From positions 43,772,001 through 43,836,000 of the forward strand of contig NC_135664.1 in NCBI RefSeq assembly GCF_964188315.1: a stretch of DNA of 64,000 bases, written 5' to 3'. The notes under the pieces are model-generated. The model had not been told where the DNA came from. It saw nothing but the letters and a program-made list of their open reading frames with translations, and did not search any database. Both the position numbers and the translations under genes were made by a program. Within the stretch, counting starts at the first letter, position 1. Each line of letters starts with the position of its first letter. This DNA comes from Podarcis muralis. Taxonomy: Eukaryota. This document shows positions 38,937 to 52,536 of the stretch, piece after piece.

Positions 38937-41282
38937 ACTACACCGCATCCGGAGAAGGGCTTGAGATTGTCTTCCCTTTCCCCCTACCCCAATTTGCGAG
39001 TTAGTACAAAGTGCCTCTGCACTGCGATGCGAGAGGGAGCGGTGGATTTCAGATCGCTTCCTGTATATACATAAGTGTCCCCGATTCTGCTTCATGAAGC
39101 GCCATTTTGGGAACGGGAAGGAACTAGTTTGAATTTTCACAGCCCAATTCTTGACTGGCCGAGGAGCGAAGGGCTTACCTTAAGCTGCCCTCGAGCTTCA
39201 CTTGCGGCTTTTAATTGGGTAGGTGCTTAAAACGGGGGTGGAGAACCTGGGGCCCCCAGATGCTGTTTGCCTCTACACTGCGATCCGAGAGGGGAGCACA
39301 TTTAAGTCGAAGGAGCTGCGGAGCCTTCGCTGTTTAATTTGGTACCTTTAGACATGCGTGGAAATAGTAAATTTACTCCGTATAGTTCATATCATATAGA
39401 CAAACATCACTGAGCTCATTTCTATATTGAAAAGTTTCCTTTAAATTGGGTATTGCACTATGTCTTCGCACAAGGAACTGATCCCCGTTTTTCTTATCTC
39501 CGCCTCTACAACTCGTTGTATGGGTCGTTTTTAAGTGTTTAGTTTCGTCCTAAGCCTTCCATGGGTCTGGGAAAGTTGGTGGTTTCTTCCTGTCTGATTG
39601 GCGGGAAGCTTGAGACGTTAAGGTTCAAACCAGAAAAGCCCGCCCTCTGCTCCAACCATCTTTTAGGAGGCGTGTAAGGCGGGAAGTTTGACCGACTGCT
39701 TTCCTACTCCGTCCGAATCCGAGAGAATTTCTGCTTGATTTTTCATTTTACTGCTGCAGCTTCCTCTAGTTCTTCGAAATAAAAACAAAAACCACATTCG
39801 TACGCTGCTTCCTGTATGCTTAGTAATGCCTCACACAAAACTAAATACTCTTTCTTTCTGAATAAATAACGCTCTCTTACAGCTGATGCGGAAAGAACCT
39901 CAGACACAGTCATGTTGGCACGGGGGAGAAGATGTGAAGGCTGTGCTGAGTCGGAGCTGCAGCGAAAAGAAAGCCTCCTGCTCCAAGTTGTCTTCCCTGC
40001 TGGCCATCTGCCCTTGGCAGTAGCCACTGTGCCCACTGAGCTTTTCTAGTTCTTATAAAATTTTGTACTTCTACAAGTGTTCAGGTTTACCTGGTGCTTT
40101 GTGTGTGCGCGCGCGTGTGCGCTGTTGTTTTAGCTACATGAAGTCTTGCACTTGAATAGTGTAATGAATTTGGTATTTATAAGCATGTATATGACACTGC
40201 ATATTTCTGGAATTGCACTTGGTGGCTTGATTAGCTCAAAGCTAGCTGTTGTCCTTCTGAGTATGAATGAGTGTGTGGTTTCTTGTGGTTCTCACAGCAA
40301 AAAATAAAATAAAAAATCCACTCAGTTCTCTTACGTGGCACTTTTCCCTCTTGGGTTTTGTTCAGATCTCTGATCAGATCCAGAAGTACACGTATGGCGT
40401 CGTTATAAATGAAAATACACTTTTCACCTTTGCAACTATGTTCTTATTTATTTATTAAAAAAGCACAGTATGCTTTGTTTTCTATAAAGATACCAAAGTG
40501 CTAGTTGTTTTAGGAATAGCTAGATGGATCCCAGGGTAGTGTGCAATAGTAACAGCAAAAGACAATAAAAACAGCTGCCAGGACCCACTAGTTCATTCCC
40601 CTGCAATGCTTCTGAAGTAGCGTTACTCCTAGGCATTCTGGGAAATTAAAATGGTCACGCCTGCTGTGGCTCTCTGTTGCCAGGGGATAACCACTGAGGG
40701 TCTCACCAGAGGGCATCTTGCCAGGGAGGGGCCCTCAATTCTGAAGCGGGTCCTGATAAGTAAAGGGTGCATTCTACAACTGGGCTGGCCAACGTGGTGC
40801 CCTCCAGATGTTGCTGAATTACAACTTCCACCATCCCTGGCCATTGGTCATGCTGGCCAGGGTGGGTGGAAGTAATAGTCCAACAACATCAAGAGGGCAC
40901 CATGTTGCCTACAGTTGACACCTTGGAGGCATTTAGTAGCTTCAAGTTCCAGGCCTCTGCATGACATTGAAACTGCGACCCATAGCTGAATTTAAGGTCT
41001 GTTTCAATGTCTTTTCATTTTTGTACCTTGTAACTCCAGTCTGTGTGCGTGCATGTGTGAATAGTGTTAACCAGGCCAGAAGTTTGATATCAATTCCCTG
41101 CATTATCACACCCTTATAAGTAAATTTATAAGCTGGGTGAGTGGCCAGGGGTATCATTTGGTGGGATGTGTCAGAAAACATCAAAGCAGCCTTGCAAAAA
41201 TCATGATGTAATCTGCTTCTCTCCTCCCCCCACAGTCACCAAGCTGTTAGTGCATCCTTGCTAGTATCAAGCTGTCAGGAGT

Positions 41283-42228
41283 ACAGTGGTACCTCGGGTT
41301 AAGTACTTAATTCGTTCCAGTAATGAAGCTGAAGGTACCTTTTACCATCTTTGGTGGACCTGCCCGAAGATTAAAGCCTTTTGGGAAATGATCTATAATG
41401 AAATTAAGAAAGTCCTTAAAAGGACTTTTCCTAAGAAACCAGAGGCTTTTCTCTTGGGCATGGTCGGCCAATCGGTGTTAAGGAAGGATAGGACGTTTTT
41501 TATGTATGCTACCACAGCAGCAAGGATCCTTTTAGCAAAGTATTGGAAGACACAAGAACTACCCACGCTGGAAGAATGGCAGACGAAGGTGATTGACTAT
41601 ATGGGACTGGCGGAGATGACTGGCAGAATCCGTGACCAGGGGAAAGAGATAGTGGAAGAAGACTGGAAGAAATTTAAAACATATCTTAAAAACTGTTGTA
41701 AAATTGAGGAGTGTTAAGATGTCAAGGAATTTGGAAATAGAGAATTGCAGCTGTAATCAATAAGTTAAAAAAAAAAAGAACTTAAATGAAATTGAATTTG
41801 AATAATTAGTTAATTGGAGGAGTTGCTGAAGAAATGTAAAACAAGGATGCAGAAAAGGGGAGGTATGGGGAAGTCCGGGAAGTAAGGTATATGAAAATAA
41901 GATTATGAAATTATACATGTTTATATGTTTGTATGTTTGTGTATTGTGTATTGTTTGTTTTTATTATGTGTTTGGAAAACTAATAAAAATTTATTAAAAA
42001 AAAAAGTACTTAATTCGTTCCGGAAGTCCGTTCTTAACCTGAAACTGTTCTTAACCTGAAGCACCACTTTAGCTAATGGGGCCTCCTGCTGCTGATGCGC
42101 CGCCGGAGCACGATTTCTGTTCTCATCCTGAAGCAAAGTTCTTAACCTGAGGTACTATTTCTGGATTAGCAGAGTCTGTAACCTGAAGCGTATGTAACCC
42201 GAAGCGTATGTAACCTGAGGTACCACTG
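41283..42228. mobile_element. Mariner-type MITE interrupted by an L1 insertion
   Basis: TIRs CAGTGGTACCTC, TA TSD; halves 41283-41318 and 42004-42228 rejoin into the same MITE as 4863-5088. Confidence 0.92.
41319..42003 (+). mobile_element. 5'-truncated L1-clade LINE with poly(A) tail and 18-bp TSD
   Basis: Open ORF2 C-terminus HLWWTCPKIKAFW...; AATAAA plus poly(A); TSD AAGTACTTAATTCGTTCC at 41301-41318 and 42004-42021. Confidence 0.92.
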
Positions 42229-44904
42229 TAATCTTAAATGCACTCTAGACCCTAGGTGGGTAGTCTGTGTCACAGGTCAAATGATGGATGGCTTGCGTTT
42301 TGCTGGATACTTTGGAGAAGCACATACATTTTGTTATCGAAACTAACAATTTGCAAACATTTAAAACACTCAGAGCGTCCCAATATCTTCAGCATTAAAA
42401 GGGAACTGATGAACAATTTAAGATTATGAGACATTTAGGAAGTGCCACCTGTATATTATACTTCACTCAGGAATCACCTGCTGCATCAGGCAAGTGTTTG
42501 GATGTTGGCACTTTATGCTTAGGAACATTGTGTGGAGTCAGAACAGTGATAACAGCCACCTGGGATTAGAAACGGAGGGCTGAGGAAAACTGCCAGTTGC
42601 TTGCAAGCTGAAAAAAATTCTATTCATGCTTCCTGATCAGTTAACCTTTCCTAATGATCCATAAAAATAAAGAATTTTGTGATTAACATCTAGTGCTCAT
42701 ATGATGTAGCTCAACTCTCCTTAGACAGTTAGTGCCCAATAAATTAAATAAATGTGGTGTTGCCTCCTTTGATCACAGAGCAAAGGGAACATCTTTCTTT
42801 TTTTGCAAAGCGAACATCTGAGCCCCGCATTGGTACTTCAGAATGCAATGGGGCAGCAATCTGAAATAAAGGAGCTGAAGTGGGGTGGGGAGGGGAGCTC
42901 TCCTCTCAATATTTATGGAGACCAACCAAGTTGAAAGCCCATCTGCCATCTCTTCCCTTACCTCACCAATGAAACATTCTTTGTTAAGCCATGCCTACAC
43001 GATCCGATTTGCTGCTGATCTTGATAACCACATGCCACAAGCAGAGTGCAGGAATGACCAAGATGTCCCTATACAACAGGTGCCTGCACCTGATTCTGTT
43101 TCAAAGGCTGTCCTTTGCCAATGAGCTAAGCCACACACCTGTCTCTTCCTTGTCTCATTAGTGGAGCTGGCTGGAGGCTTCTGTCAGCTTTTAGGCAAGA
43201 GTATCTAGGGAGACGGAGATATTATGGGAGGGAGAATTTTGCACACCCAAATTCCTTCTTTTTTTTTGCAGTGCTGTGGGGTGAGCCCATAAAGCCAGAC
43301 CAGGCATCAGCTAGTGTTTGACCTGGACAAGCCCATAGAAGCAGCCATAATCACCAGCCTTTTAATTTTTTTTAGCACAAATTGGCTGAATTTTTCCATC
43401 CCGTAGTCATGCTTTTGAAAATATGTCCCATGTTTGAAAATGTAGTCCAATGTCGTTTGTTTCTGCCCTTGATCTCCTTTCTCTGGTGCAATGATTTCTG
43501 AGAGTTCTAGTTACCCCAGACATTATAAAATAATGAATTAGGAACTTTCAGTAGGAGAAATTGCAAGCTTCCAGAGCTGAAGGGTTGCGGTTTCTACAGC
43601 TTTTTGCTGTAGGGTCTCCTTCTGCACCTCTATCTTCTGCCCCTCCAGTCTATGCATAAAGCCTTCATAGATAATTCAAATTTTCCCAGTGCAGACTACA
43701 TCGATAGACTGGGCTACAAACTGGAAAGCCATTTTGCCACTTTAGGCAGAATGGGACAATGGGTTACCCATGCAAATTGGAAATGACCTCTAAAAAGCCC
43801 AGCAGTATCATGGAGCACTCTGAGGTGCCCAGAGACAGTTGGCATGGCGGATGTCCATTTAGCTGCGCTGTCCTAGGCAACTGCCTAGTCTACCTGTATG
43901 TTAGGTCTTGAATCTTAAGTACGCACTATACCTTTAAAGAACATTCAAATCACATTCTTTCCCTCAGAGAATTCTGGGCACTGTAGTTTAACCTTCACAG
44001 AGTTACAATTCCCAGCAGCCCTTAACAAACTACAGAGTCCAGAATTCTTGAAAAGGGGGAAATGTGCTTCAAATGTGCTTTAAAGTTATTGTAGGTACAC
44101 AGCCTGAAACATTTAAGTGGAACAAACTAACAGGCAGAATTACCCAGATCCTAGATAACCTTTTCATGATTTCTGTATGGGAGTAAAAATTGCAGCTATT
44201 TTGAAATCTTTTGGTATAAACAGTATTAGGTTAAGTAAATTGTCAACTTATATTTTATGATATTGTCTGGTAGAATGCTATTTTATCCTGACAATAAATG
44301 TAATTGAATTCAGTAGGTATAATAATAATAATAATAATAATAATTTATTTATTTATATGCTGCCTACCTGACTGGGTTGCCCCAGCCACTCTAGGTGGCT
44401 CCCAACAAAAATGAGTAAAAACACAATACAACACCACACACTAAAAACTTCCCTGAACTACTTCTGAGAAGACATGGTTAGTTATCTAGTTTCCAGTTTT
44501 ATGTGTACACCACAACTTCCTCCTGCCCCACTCCCCATCATATTCCGACAGCATAAGATGGATACCTGTTGTGTATGAAAGGTATGAATGTTTCCTCTTT
44601 TGGAATTTGACTGCTATTTCTATGTTCTGGCTGGTCCTGTTAAGTCAGTCACACCACGGACCCATTATATCTTTATCTTGCCAGATAAAAAGCAGTGCCC
44701 AAGAACTGCCCTACAGCTCAAAGCTTTCCCGGCTATAAGACAGCCTGGCTTGTGTGGGTACATTGGATTTTGAAGTTTTGAGGAACAGCCTGAGCACAAG
44801 GAGCAAAGTGGTTTATCTGAAAGGAATGGAGAAGGTCTCGGATGCTGCTGCAAAGATGCTGAGAAGTCTGTAGAGTCTTCCCAAAGGCGGATAAAATAAC
44901 AAAC

Positions 44905-45815
44905 ATGTTACACAACTCTGCATTTCTGGTTATTGCTGCTTTGCATTGGCTCATAACACACAAACGTAAGTACAGTTTTGATTAAGTACTTTGCTAGACA
45001 GATTGACCCTAAACTGTTTGGGACATGTGGACTTTACTGGATCCAGCAAAGTTACTTGTGTTTGTATAGTTGGGGCTAAAAAAACAGAGAAGGAAGGACT
45101 GCCAGGACCCAAAGAATACAAATTGTGTTCCATATGTACACAATATCCCTAATTATATCATAAATTGGTACAGATTTTAATTGTAAGCCACTTTGAGAGC
45201 CCACTGTGGTTGGAAAGCAGGATAGACATATGATCAGTAATAAAATAAATTGTTCAGCCTCACTCATCACGAGGATCCTGTTGACTGTAATCCTTGAAAT
45301 ATAAAGTGATCAAATATATGTGATCAAAGACAAAATCACAGACAGGGCCCAAGTGGCAATGTAATGATATAAAAATGATGATTATTTAAACATGAACAGC
45401 TATACATGGAAACATATGTGAGTATGCTTCATGTCTTGGTAATTGCTAAAAAAAAATAAACTAATTGTCCAGTAGCACCTTAGAGACCAAGTTTGTTCTG
45501 GGTATATGCTTCTTCAGATACCTGAAGTATCTGAAGAAGTGTGCATGCACACGAAAGCTTATACCCAGAACAAACTTAGTTGGTCTCTAAGGTGCCACTG
45601 GACAATTAGTTATTTTTATTTATTTATTTCAACTGTGTCAGACCAACACAGCTACCTACCTGAATTGGTAATTGCTGTTCTTTTTTCCAGGCAGTGCTGG
45701 TAATGTTGCCATTGCAGATGCTTCAATAATCCCAGTTGGAGGTAAATCCTGAGTGTGGTTTATTTCAACCTAAATCCTTCCTTATCCCACTTGCCTGAGA
45801 TGGCATATGTAATAA

Positions 45816-45877
<62 letters not shown>

Positions 45878-48800
45878 TTTTTGCTGTTGCTTGTTGGAAT
45901 TTGTTGTCTGCCCTTCACCCCAAGGTCCTGATGTGGGATATATATTCATTCTACAAAATGGCATTAAAGCATTGCTTAAAACCACAAAAGGCGCAAAGAT
46001 TACTACAGGGCAAGAGGGTGGGGGACAGAACTATCTGATCTTGTCTGCTCCCCAGAGGCTGAATTAAGAGGTGTCTTTTGCTGGCTGCAAAATATAAGAG
46101 AAGTAATAGAGGGAAATGCTTCACTCTCAAATTATAAAACCAGGAGTCTTGCATGACTATTTGCATGGGTGGCGGCTGCAGACAAGTGCAGATACCAGAA
46201 TTAGGGAAATGCTAGGAAAACAGTGCTTCCTGATGTCTGCTGAAAGCAAACTCCTGTGTGTGGTTGTGCATGCAATAAGCCTCGTTTGGACTGCAGGCTA
46301 CTACTGTGCAAACTCGACAATTCTGTGATTCTATGTCTGATGTACAGGCTCTTCCTGAGTCCACTGTGCACCCAGATGGTTGCGTGAATAGACCTTCAGA
46401 GTCATTCATCAAAACCAAAATCACATTCAAGTGTGTGAGAGAGGCAGCAAAATATCTCTTCACACAGTTGTATATGGTTAACATGTGAAACGCCACTAGC
46501 ACACGTATAAACTGATAGATTAGACAACTTGCATCAAAGATAAGTAAGTGGCTATGAGCATTGACAGCTAGATTTGTATCTTCTATATTGAGAGATAATA
46601 TATTCAGAGATAATAAATCCTTTAAGTTGGAATTGCGTAAGACTCATGATCTCATGGGTTCGAGCCCCATGTTGGGTGAAAGAATCCTGCATTGCAGGGG
46701 GTTGGACTAGATGACTCCGGGGTCCCTTCCAGCTCTACAATTCTATGCTTCTAAGTACCACATTCTGGGGACAAGAGAGAGTGTGGACATTGCCATCTCA
46801 CCCTTTTTTCTGAACTGCCACAGAGCATCCAGTTAGCCACTGTTAAAGACTGAATGGTGTTTTAAGTGGACCGTTATCTGATCTGACTTCAGTTTGATAT
46901 CCATGTGCTATCTGTGCATCTGCTTTTGTTTTGGCAGTAAATAGATGTGTTTTTTCTCCACATCCCCTCCAGATCCTAACATTGCAGTGGGAAAAATGTC
47001 GTCCCAGTCGAGCACGTATGAAGAAAAGGGGAAGTCAAAGAAGGCCATAGATGGTTCACTGGCCAATAGTTATGCTAATGGAGACTGCACCCTGACGAAG
47101 AAGGATTTTGAGCCCTGGTGGATGGTAGATTTGAATTCAGCATTTCAGGTATCTGCTGTGGTGATCACAAACAGAGGAGACTGTTGTGAGTCAAGGATAA
47201 AAGGAGCTGAGATTCTCATTGGAGATTCACCACAGAAGGGAGGCACAATGAATCCCAGGTATTTCTCTGCTGTTAACAAATGAATGGTGATGGAAAACCA
47301 ATAAAGATGGCATGCAATATGATCTTACTTGGAAGTAAGTCCTGTATGGTTCAGTGCAACCTATTTCCAATAAACTTTTCTTAAGATTAGAACCTTAGAC
47401 CCAATCCTAAAAACATTTTTGTTGTGAGTAAGTCCCATAGATTTCACTGGAGCTTACTATTTATTGTTTGTTTTTACGCATTTAACACAATTTATATACC
47501 ACCTGATGTGCAATCACTTTATCAAAAAAACAAGACTTCCAAGCTGTTTGCAATGTTCCGAGAATGAATCTGCTGTAGTTTTCGCTAGCAGGTTTGTTAA
47601 TTATACATAACTGAAAAAATATACAGATCTGGAAGTCAGTTAGTTGTGTTGGTTTCCAGAGGAATTGGGGGATTTGGAATCTGCAGTATAAGACCATTGA
47701 TTACTCACTGGTGATATTGGCAGGACTCAATCTGAAAAAAATGTACTACTAAAACATGAACATCCTAACCCTCTCAGTTAAATAAACGGAGAGGCTGCTT
47801 CTGAGTTTTAACATCTATTGCATCAGCCACTCTTGTAGTCCATCTGTATCTCCTGTCCTCTCCCTTTGGAGGGATGAGCCTGGAAGCTTGGACTATGTTG
47901 CCAACTGCCAGGACCCAAAGAAGACAAATTGTGTCCCATACATACACAGTATCCTTAATTATATTATACCTTAGTACAGATTTTAATTGTAAGCCACTTT
48001 GAGAGCCGACTGCGGCTGGAAAGCAGGATAGACATATGATCAGTAATAAAATAAATTGTTCAGCCTCACTCATTGTGAGGACTGATCCTGTTGACTTTAA
48101 TCCATGAAATTGGTAGCTTCCAAAAGATATTCTGGAGGATGCTGTCATTGCATGGAAGCTTCCTAGGGGGGTTTCGGTGAGAGGTCTAGTAATGGTGAAC
48201 ACATCATCTAGATGGTGAACAAACCAAGAGGTTGTGGACTCCCCTTCCTCGGAGGTTTTTAAGCAAAGTTGGACGGCCATCTGTCAGGGATGCTTTAGTT
48301 GATATTCCTGCATTGCAGGGGGTTGACTTGAGGTCCCTTCCAGCTATGATTCTAGGAATCCAAACATCCCCAAGCATCAGCTTCCTCATCACTGCTAGTC
48401 TCTCCCTGCATAATGCGGCTATAGGCAAGGGTTGAATATGGTTCCCTGGTGTGTATGAATAATATGTGTAACAATGACATACAGAGTAAGATAGACCTGT
48501 TGTATTAACAGAGTAAGTATTCTAGAGCAAGGGCATCCAGCATGGTCCCCTCAGATACTATGGACTCCAACCCCCATCAGCCCTGGCAAGTATCATCAGC
48601 AATCAAGACTATAGAAGTTACAGTCCAACGGCAGCTGGGAGGTACTACATTGGCTACCCCTGCTGCAGAACGTGCTGCAGAATTCACTACACTTCTGCAT
48701 AGTTGAGCTATGGCATCTCGATCACAATATGTAATGATGACCACTGTCGCAGATGACTTTGAAAGGGGATTCAATAAATTCATGGAGGATAAGGCCATCA

Positions 48801-51494
48801 ATTGCTACTAGCAATGAAGGCTGTATATTGCAAGCGGCATCAGAGACAGTATGTTGGGGAGTATGGCCAGTGGAGTGCTGCTACACTCATGTTCTGCTTG
48901 TGTTGTGGCTTTCCATAGGCAACTGGTTGGCCATTGTGAGAACAGGATGCTGGAGTAGATAGCCCTTTGATCTGGTCCAGCAAGGCTCCTCTTAGGAAGT
49001 TTAACTGCAAAGAAATGATTGAGCAAAATGTTCTGTGTCTCTTGCTGATATCATTGATCCTTTTGGCCTAAATATTGGTGGGCTTCCCATATTTCCATGT
49101 GCCATATCTCCACTGTGCTCTGAGGTCATACCGCTGAGTAATGCTCTAGTTGCTTTGCAGGTGCGCTACAATCAACAGCATGGGGCGTGGGGAAACCATG
49201 TCCTTCACCTGTGCAGGGATGCAGGGCCAGTATGTGACCATTACAATCCCGGGGAGATACGAGTTCCTCTCACTCTGTGAAGTGCAAGTTCTCGCACACC
49301 CATGGCTCCATGTGGGTGAGTAGATGGCCTCTGTTGTGGATTTGATGTGCACAGCAAAGGAACATGTTGCTCATGCGATGTGGGCGAACTAAATCACTGA
49401 TCGTTAGAAAACCCCTATTATCACAACTCAGGTGAGAGAGGGCCTTCCTGCCTTTCCCAGAGCTGACCCATGAATAGATAATGTCAGTAGCTGCACAGGT
49501 GGGGCTGCGTTGCTCTCCCGTCTTCCCAACATTGTGCGTCACTACAACTTCTGGGGGGTGGGCAAGGCAGTGGGAGTTTGGCATGGTGTGAGAGGAGCAG
49601 TGGAACCAATCCAATACTCTAGCTGCTGCATGTATTTTGTACCCGCAGCACATGACGTCCCTGCTGCCTTGCCTCCCCTCTTGGTAAGAGGCAGGGGAAA
49701 GACAGCCGGGTAATATTCTAGTCTATGTTAGTCCTATTCACCATTGAAGTCAATAGGCAGGACTAACTTAGGTTTCTTAATTTCAAAGGGTCTACTCTGA
49801 CTAGGACTTTGTTGGACACAAGCCCAGGAGAGCAACACAGCCCCACTGGCTGCTACTGGAGAACAGTATGCCTGTCGATGGGGAGTAGAAGTTTCTCCTG
49901 CCTCCACATCTACTCTTCTGCTGGAACTTCACCTCTCTCTTTCCGTTCTTGATGTCTGACAACCCACAGTTTCGTCACATACATTTGGGTTGTTGTTTTT
50001 TTTTGGAAAAAGCAAATAATTTATTAAGTTCATACAACCCATACAAAATTTAAACATCAAGAATATTATAGAAGTTTACTATCATAGACAGACAGACAGA
50101 TAGTTGATAAAAAGCATATATACTATCAGCTCCTGTCAGACATAATCTTCATTTTGCTGAAACCTGCTCTTATATTTTCCCTGACGTAATATGTTTCAGA
50201 ACTTCATAGAGCTATGTAATCAATTCCCTGCCTTAAAATTTGCAACTCGCCTCTTATGTATTGTGTTGCCAGGTTCTGTCCACTAATGACACTAATAACT
50301 TCTCTGAACCTCTCTCTCTCAGCTGTTAATTTTACAGCATTTAGCTGTTCTGATATCTTTCTTACTAAGCCTCTGTTATTATGTTTCTGATTAATTATCC
50401 AGGCTTTTGCATATAGTATTCTATCTAGAGTTATAATATATATAACACTTGGTTTTGATCACATGCTCTTATATGGTCTTTTACATAATATTTTACATGA
50501 GGAGGTCCAATGAAACCTAGCAGCCCAATATTTCATGAAGGACTGTAATAACCATTTGCCTTATTTCATTTCCACCAAAGGTGAAAGTTTGGTTACATAA
50601 CACTTGTGAGTAACGTGAATATTTTTCTCACCAGTGCCAGAAGCTCAGACGTGTCATTTCTTTTGCAGTTCATGATGGTGGACGGAGCCCTGTGAGAGAC
50701 AGCGAAACTGATTTAGGTAAGTGCTCAGTTGTGTGTTGGACTATGACTCCCATCGGCTCCAGCCAGCCTGACCAATGACCAAGGATGATGGGAGTTGTAG
50801 TTCAGAAGCATATGGAGCGCCACAAGTTCCCCACTGCTTTGCTGAACAGTGATTTCCTGTAGAAGTGCTAATGATGTTTTCCCTTCTAGGTCTGCAGGGC
50901 AGAGTTCTGAGTTTCCTTAATGAATCAAAGGAGAGTTTTGTTGTCATATCTCCACTGCAGCCTCTGAATGTCATGGAATTCACACTCTGCATGAGGGTCT
51001 CAGTAGAAGATTTGAGCGATCGTAAAGTCATTCTCTTCTCCTACCGCTCTCAAAAGGATGAACTGAGAATCTTGCGTGAGGCAAAGGGCTGCTTTGGCTT
51101 ACACATGGGGGGTCAGAGTGTGATGTTTGCCCTCCCCGATCTCAGCACTTTGGGAAGTCATATGTGTGTCACCTGGGAAGCTGAGTTTGGCCTCACCGCC
51201 TTTTGGATGAATGGGAAAAGGAGCGTCCGAAAAGTGCACAACGTAGGGCATATTGTTCAGTCGGGGGGCACTGCAATGCTTGGATGGGATCAGAGTGTAC
51301 AAAATACATCCGAACAGCAGAAACGGCGTTTTGTGGGGGAAATAACGGATCTCTACATGTGGGATTATGTACTGAAATCTCAAGACATTCAAGATGTGTT
51401 CCAGGTCCACCAGTTTCCTAGAGGAAACATCTTTGACTGGAAAATGATATCGTACAAGATTACGGGGAATGTGCTGGTATTACCTAAGGACTAA
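44905..51494 (+). CDS. F-type lectin (fucolectin)-pentraxin fusion protein (PXN1-like), 6 exons, 401 aa
   Basis: Exons 44905-44965 (signal-like), 45691-45741, 46973-47258, 49161-49315, 50669-50716, 50890-51494; GT-AG, phase-consistent, 1206 nt. FTLD: NIAVGK..SQSS...AIDG...PWWMVDL...ITNRGDCC...LSLCEVQV. Pentraxin: FTLCMR...HMCVTWE...FVGEITDLYMWDYVL. Exons 1, 2 and 5 are less certain than the domain exons. Confidence 0.88.
45811..45876. repeat. (AAT)n microsatellite
   Basis: Direct reading. Others: (CAAT)n about 9904-9938, (AAT)n about 44321-44344, (AAAC)n about 55415-55453, (CCT)n about 58985-59004. Confidence 0.95.
46640..46752 (+). mobile_element. tRNA-headed SINE with a CR1-derived tail (Squam3-like)
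   Basis: GGTTCGAGCCC B-box followed by CCTGCATTGCAGGGGGTTGGACTAGATG...ATTCTATG. Confidence 0.6.
48205..48355 (+). mobile_element. CR1 LINE 3' end
   Basis: GTGGACTCCCCTTCC...GAGGTTTTTAAGCA...GCAGGGGGTTG...ATGATTCTA. Confidence 0.75.
49990..50590 (-). mobile_element. Probable old L1 3' fragment
   Basis: Poly(T) start, AT-rich, weak resemblance to the other L1 C-termini; no clean ORF. Confidence 0.4.
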
Positions 51495-52536
51495 CACCCA
51501 AGGAGGATATGGGCATTATTAAGATATGCAGGTTCTTCCTCCTTTGCAAAAGAATAAATGAAAAGGGAAGGAGGGAAAGCACCACCTGAGATGTGGAAGC
51601 GCAGCTGGTGTCATTATTCACATTGCCTGTAATTATTCACATTGTAGGATTGTTGACTCTGCCGTATGAAAATTCTTTCGTACTGAAAATTCTTGAAGTA
51701 AATCATAAATTTTAAATAAAACAGCCCTATGAATAATCAAATTTGAAAACAAGATTTATTTACTCATGGCAAGCTGTTGTGTATATAAGAAAGACATATC
51801 TATAACTGTACTAGGGGCTAGAAACTTATTGTGTGTTTGCGAAAGAAGCTGTGGATTCTTAAAACATCTATAAAGACCTTGTGGCTTTAATAAGGGTGCT
51901 CCAGGAGATATTTGAGATGCAGCGAGCTTTGCTATTTTCATTTTTGTGACCATTATTAAAGTATGTGCACTGTTGCTGGCCTCAGTGTACTGGATAGTCT
52001 GAGTCACAAAAAACCAGAAACATACAAATGAGAAGCAAAGCTAGGATCAGACAATCTAAACTTGAAGTACTTAGGGATGCAACAAAGGGAGATAAAAGAG
52101 TGACAAAGAGCATTGCTGCTGTACAGGCTACAGTCTCTAAGCCCACTGCAGGCTAAAGCTAAATAAAATTCCCAAAAATAAGCTATGTGGAATAATTATA
52201 TGAGCAAACATCATGTCATTCAGGACAAAATTGTGAAGAATGCTGATGAAATTAGAAATAGGATGAATAGTATCTTTGCACTCCAATAAATTCCATCTGC
52301 GAACCCACGGGAGATGGGTTATTGTTTATCCAGTTCAGTTGAAAATGTTTTGAGTGGGAATTCAGGAATCTGACCATATCAAAGGGAAGGTTTTCAAATG
52401 TGTATCAAGTAAGCACACACCCACTTTGTCTGATTAACTTATATACACAGTCACCTATATAGAAAAACAACCTTTATATAGAAGACTGTCCCCTAACTGC
52501 TTTTTAGAAATATGGGGCTGGATAGCTCAGTTACTA

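Noticed and set aside
41286-41717. 143-aa ORF as a host gene
   Set aside because: Chance fusion of a MITE end (GTG start) to the L1 ORF2 C-terminus.
52514-52534. tRNA-like start GGGGCTGGATAGCTCAGTT
   Set aside because: No cloverleaf; a truncated SINE head cut by the adjacent MITE.
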